A stretch of 64,000 nucleotides of DNA from Hemiscyllium ocellatum (taxonomy: Eukaryota): the NCBI RefSeq assembly GCF_020745735.1, contig NC_083409.1, forward strand, positions 15,905,873 to 15,969,872, written 5' to 3'. The stretch's first letter is position 1. Every line of letters begins with the position of its first letter. The notes beneath the pieces were generated by a model, which searched no databases, had not been told where the DNA came from, and saw nothing but the letters and a program-made list of their open reading frames with translations. Positions 62,283 to 64,000 of this stretch are shown here, one piece after another. Both the position numbers and the translations under genes were made by a program.

Positions 62283-62362
62283 TGACGTGGCTCTCTCTGC
62301 CTGATGCCATTTACATACTGAGGAACACCCAGTCAGACTCTCACAGGCTGCAGCTTTATAAA
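62283..62362 (+). promoter_or_regulatory. V-kappa 2 promoter
   Basis: TGACGTGG 62283-62290, ATTTACAT 62309-62316, TATAAA 62357-62362, with the same spacing as copy 1. Confidence 0.75.
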
Positions 62363-62422
62363 GCAGAGCCCAGTGAAGGGAGAGTTTATCAGGAAACAGG
62401 CACAGGGACAGGAGCACACATC

Positions 62423-62471
62423 ATGATTTCACACATCCAGTTAATCTGGCCCCTGGCATTCTGTGTCGCAG
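62423..62471 (+). CDS. IGKV: Leader exon of V-kappa 2
   Basis: MISHIQLIWPLAFCVA-G|GTACAA. Confidence 0.9.
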
Positions 62472-62657
62472 GTACAAATCTCTCTCCTTCCACCTTGAAT
62501 CTTTAGCTGCTCTCCATTTCACTCCAATTCCACTGACTTGTGATTGAAGGGAAAATGCTGAAACCAGAGGAATGCTCAGTGTCTCCAACAATCTCTCATT
62601 TGACAGGCTCTTTCTGTGACAGTTCTGACTTCACTGTGTTTCTCTCTGACCCCTCAG

Positions 62658-62953
62658 TTATCAGTGGGGACATCATCATGACCGAGTCTCCCCGGGTGCT
62701 GTTAATGGGACTGGGCCAGACTGCAACCACCACCTGGATGACCAGTCAAAGCATTAGCAGCTACCTTGCTTGGTACCAGCAGTGAGAAGGTCAGAAACCC
62801 TCTCTCCTTATCTATGATGCAAAAAATCGATTCACAGGAGTCTCCAATCGATTCACCGGCAGTGGATCAGGGACCAGTTTCACCCTGACAATCAGCAACG
62901 TTCAGAATGAAGATGTCGCTGAATATTACTGTCAGCAGTATAGCAGCAGCCTT
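62658..62953 (+). pseudogene. IGKV: Ig kappa V pseudogene
   Basis: [67 protein letters not shown]...[11 protein letters not shown]. First Cys replaced by Trp; TGA at 62783-62785. Confidence 0.95.
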
Positions 62954-62981
62954 TACAGTGATACAGTGCCATACAAAAACC
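62954..62981 (+). other. 12-RSS of pseudo-V with damaged heptamer
   Basis: TACAGTG, ATACAGTGCCAT, ACAAAAACC; the first C of the invariant CAC is lost. Confidence 0.9.
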
Positions 62982-63425
62982 TCAACACGCACAACACCAC
63001 CTTCTGTACTGACACATCCAACAGTTATATGAAATGTATAATAATGGACAAACAGTCCCATCTCCTGCACTGACACATCCACAGTTATATATAAAGTAAA
63101 TTGAACAAATTACCCCATGCTGGGTTTGTCACTGTCCACTACACACTCCAGTCCCTGTGGTGTCCACCGCTCACTGAAGGCCTCAAGTTTCCCTCTTACA
63201 CTCCATGGCCACATGTGAAGAACAGCTGCAAGATTTAACAATGAAAACTAAATTTCACAAACCCCCGAGAGTAGCTGGACACAACCCCGGAAGACAGAGA
63301 GAGAAAGACACATGAATGAGGGAGAGACAGAGAGGGGTAGGGAGTGAATGAGATTGACCAAGAATAGACAGAGACAGAGAGAGACAGGGAGAGGTTGAGA
63401 GTGACAGGGGGAAGCAGAGAGCAGA

Positions 63426-63464
63426 GGTTTTTATACAGCCTCTGCACTGGGAGCTCTCACTGTG
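63426..63464 (+). other. 23-RSS of J-kappa 2
   Basis: GGTTTTTAT (8/9 nonamer), a 23-nt spacer identical to J1, CACTGTG. Confidence 0.93.
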
Positions 63465-63499
63465 TTACACGTTTGGTAAAGGAACCAAACTCAGACTGA
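63465..63499 (+). CDS. IGKJ: Ig kappa J segment 2 (YTFGKGTKLRL) with non-canonical GC donor
   Basis: FGXG motif; CTG A|GCAAGT where J1 has GTAAGT. Confidence 0.9.
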
Positions 63500-64000
63500 G
63501 CAAGTAAACCTCAATTGTCTATTATTAAACCTGTCAATACTGAAACACACTTTCTAAAACACAAATGCTGAATTGTTGAAGGTGTTAGTGGGGAGCTGCA
63601 GTGAATGAAATGGTTGATTGAGGAGCACTGTGTCGAACAGGGTGTCCAGCTGTATTTCTTTCGTTCCATTGCCCCGCTTAAGCAGCAAGACAGAAGTCAG
63701 TAAGTTTTACTCACTGTGTGGAGGAGCTCTGTCCATTTTCAGCCTGTGGTCCCATTCCTGCAGCATGGAGTGAAATCAGTGAGCAGCCTCCTGCCAGTCT
63801 CAGTGTGACAGACACGGGCAGATTTTGAAGTGAGCTCTGGCTCCCTGTCCCAGTCTCTGATCTCATTCTCCTCAGCAGCAGCAGCAGCAGCACAGTGAGA
63901 CACCGAGCTCCCACCTCCCCCAGCTTTAACTCTGCTCAATCACACAATCACAGAATTGTTACAGTGCACAAGGTGGCCATTCCACCCATCCTGTCTGGAC

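Larger units (their letters stand above)
60532..64000 (+). repeat. Segmental duplication arm 2, inverted partner of 29743-33657
   Basis: Colinear reverse-complement similarity that continues to the window edge. Confidence 0.9.

Overview
Repeat-rich vertebrate genomic DNA from a cartilaginous fish. HE1/V-SINEs, CR1 LINEs and the Ig sequences point to a shark; a carpet-shark (Orectolobiformes) origin is my inference only. The window is part of a multicluster immunoglobulin kappa (NS4/type III) light-chain locus. It holds (1) one apparently intact, unrearranged L-V-J-C cluster on the minus strand (leader 31287-31335, V 30802-31100 with 12-RSS, J 30264-30298 with 23-RSS, C 18514-18842); (2) a head-to-head inverted duplicate on the plus strand (leader, pseudo-V with a stop codon and damaged heptamer, J with a GC donor; its C lies beyond the window); and (3) a truncated C-kappa 3' end plus 3'UTR on the plus strand at 6.6-7.1 kb, which the ORF track misses. 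Candidate regulatory elements are a duplicated PU.1/IRF (EICE)-E-box-Runx block about 5 kb upstream of each V, and a strong CTCF motif with a near-kappaB site between the two convergent C ends. The rest is mostly mobile DNA: a lightly decayed Tx1-clade LINE, many CR1-type fragments, Penelope-like elements, and short snap-back Penelope-derived insertions with 9-14 bp target-site duplications that carry minimal hammerhead-ribozyme motifs. All alignments, identities and repeat boundaries were read by eye and are approximate; no database search was run.
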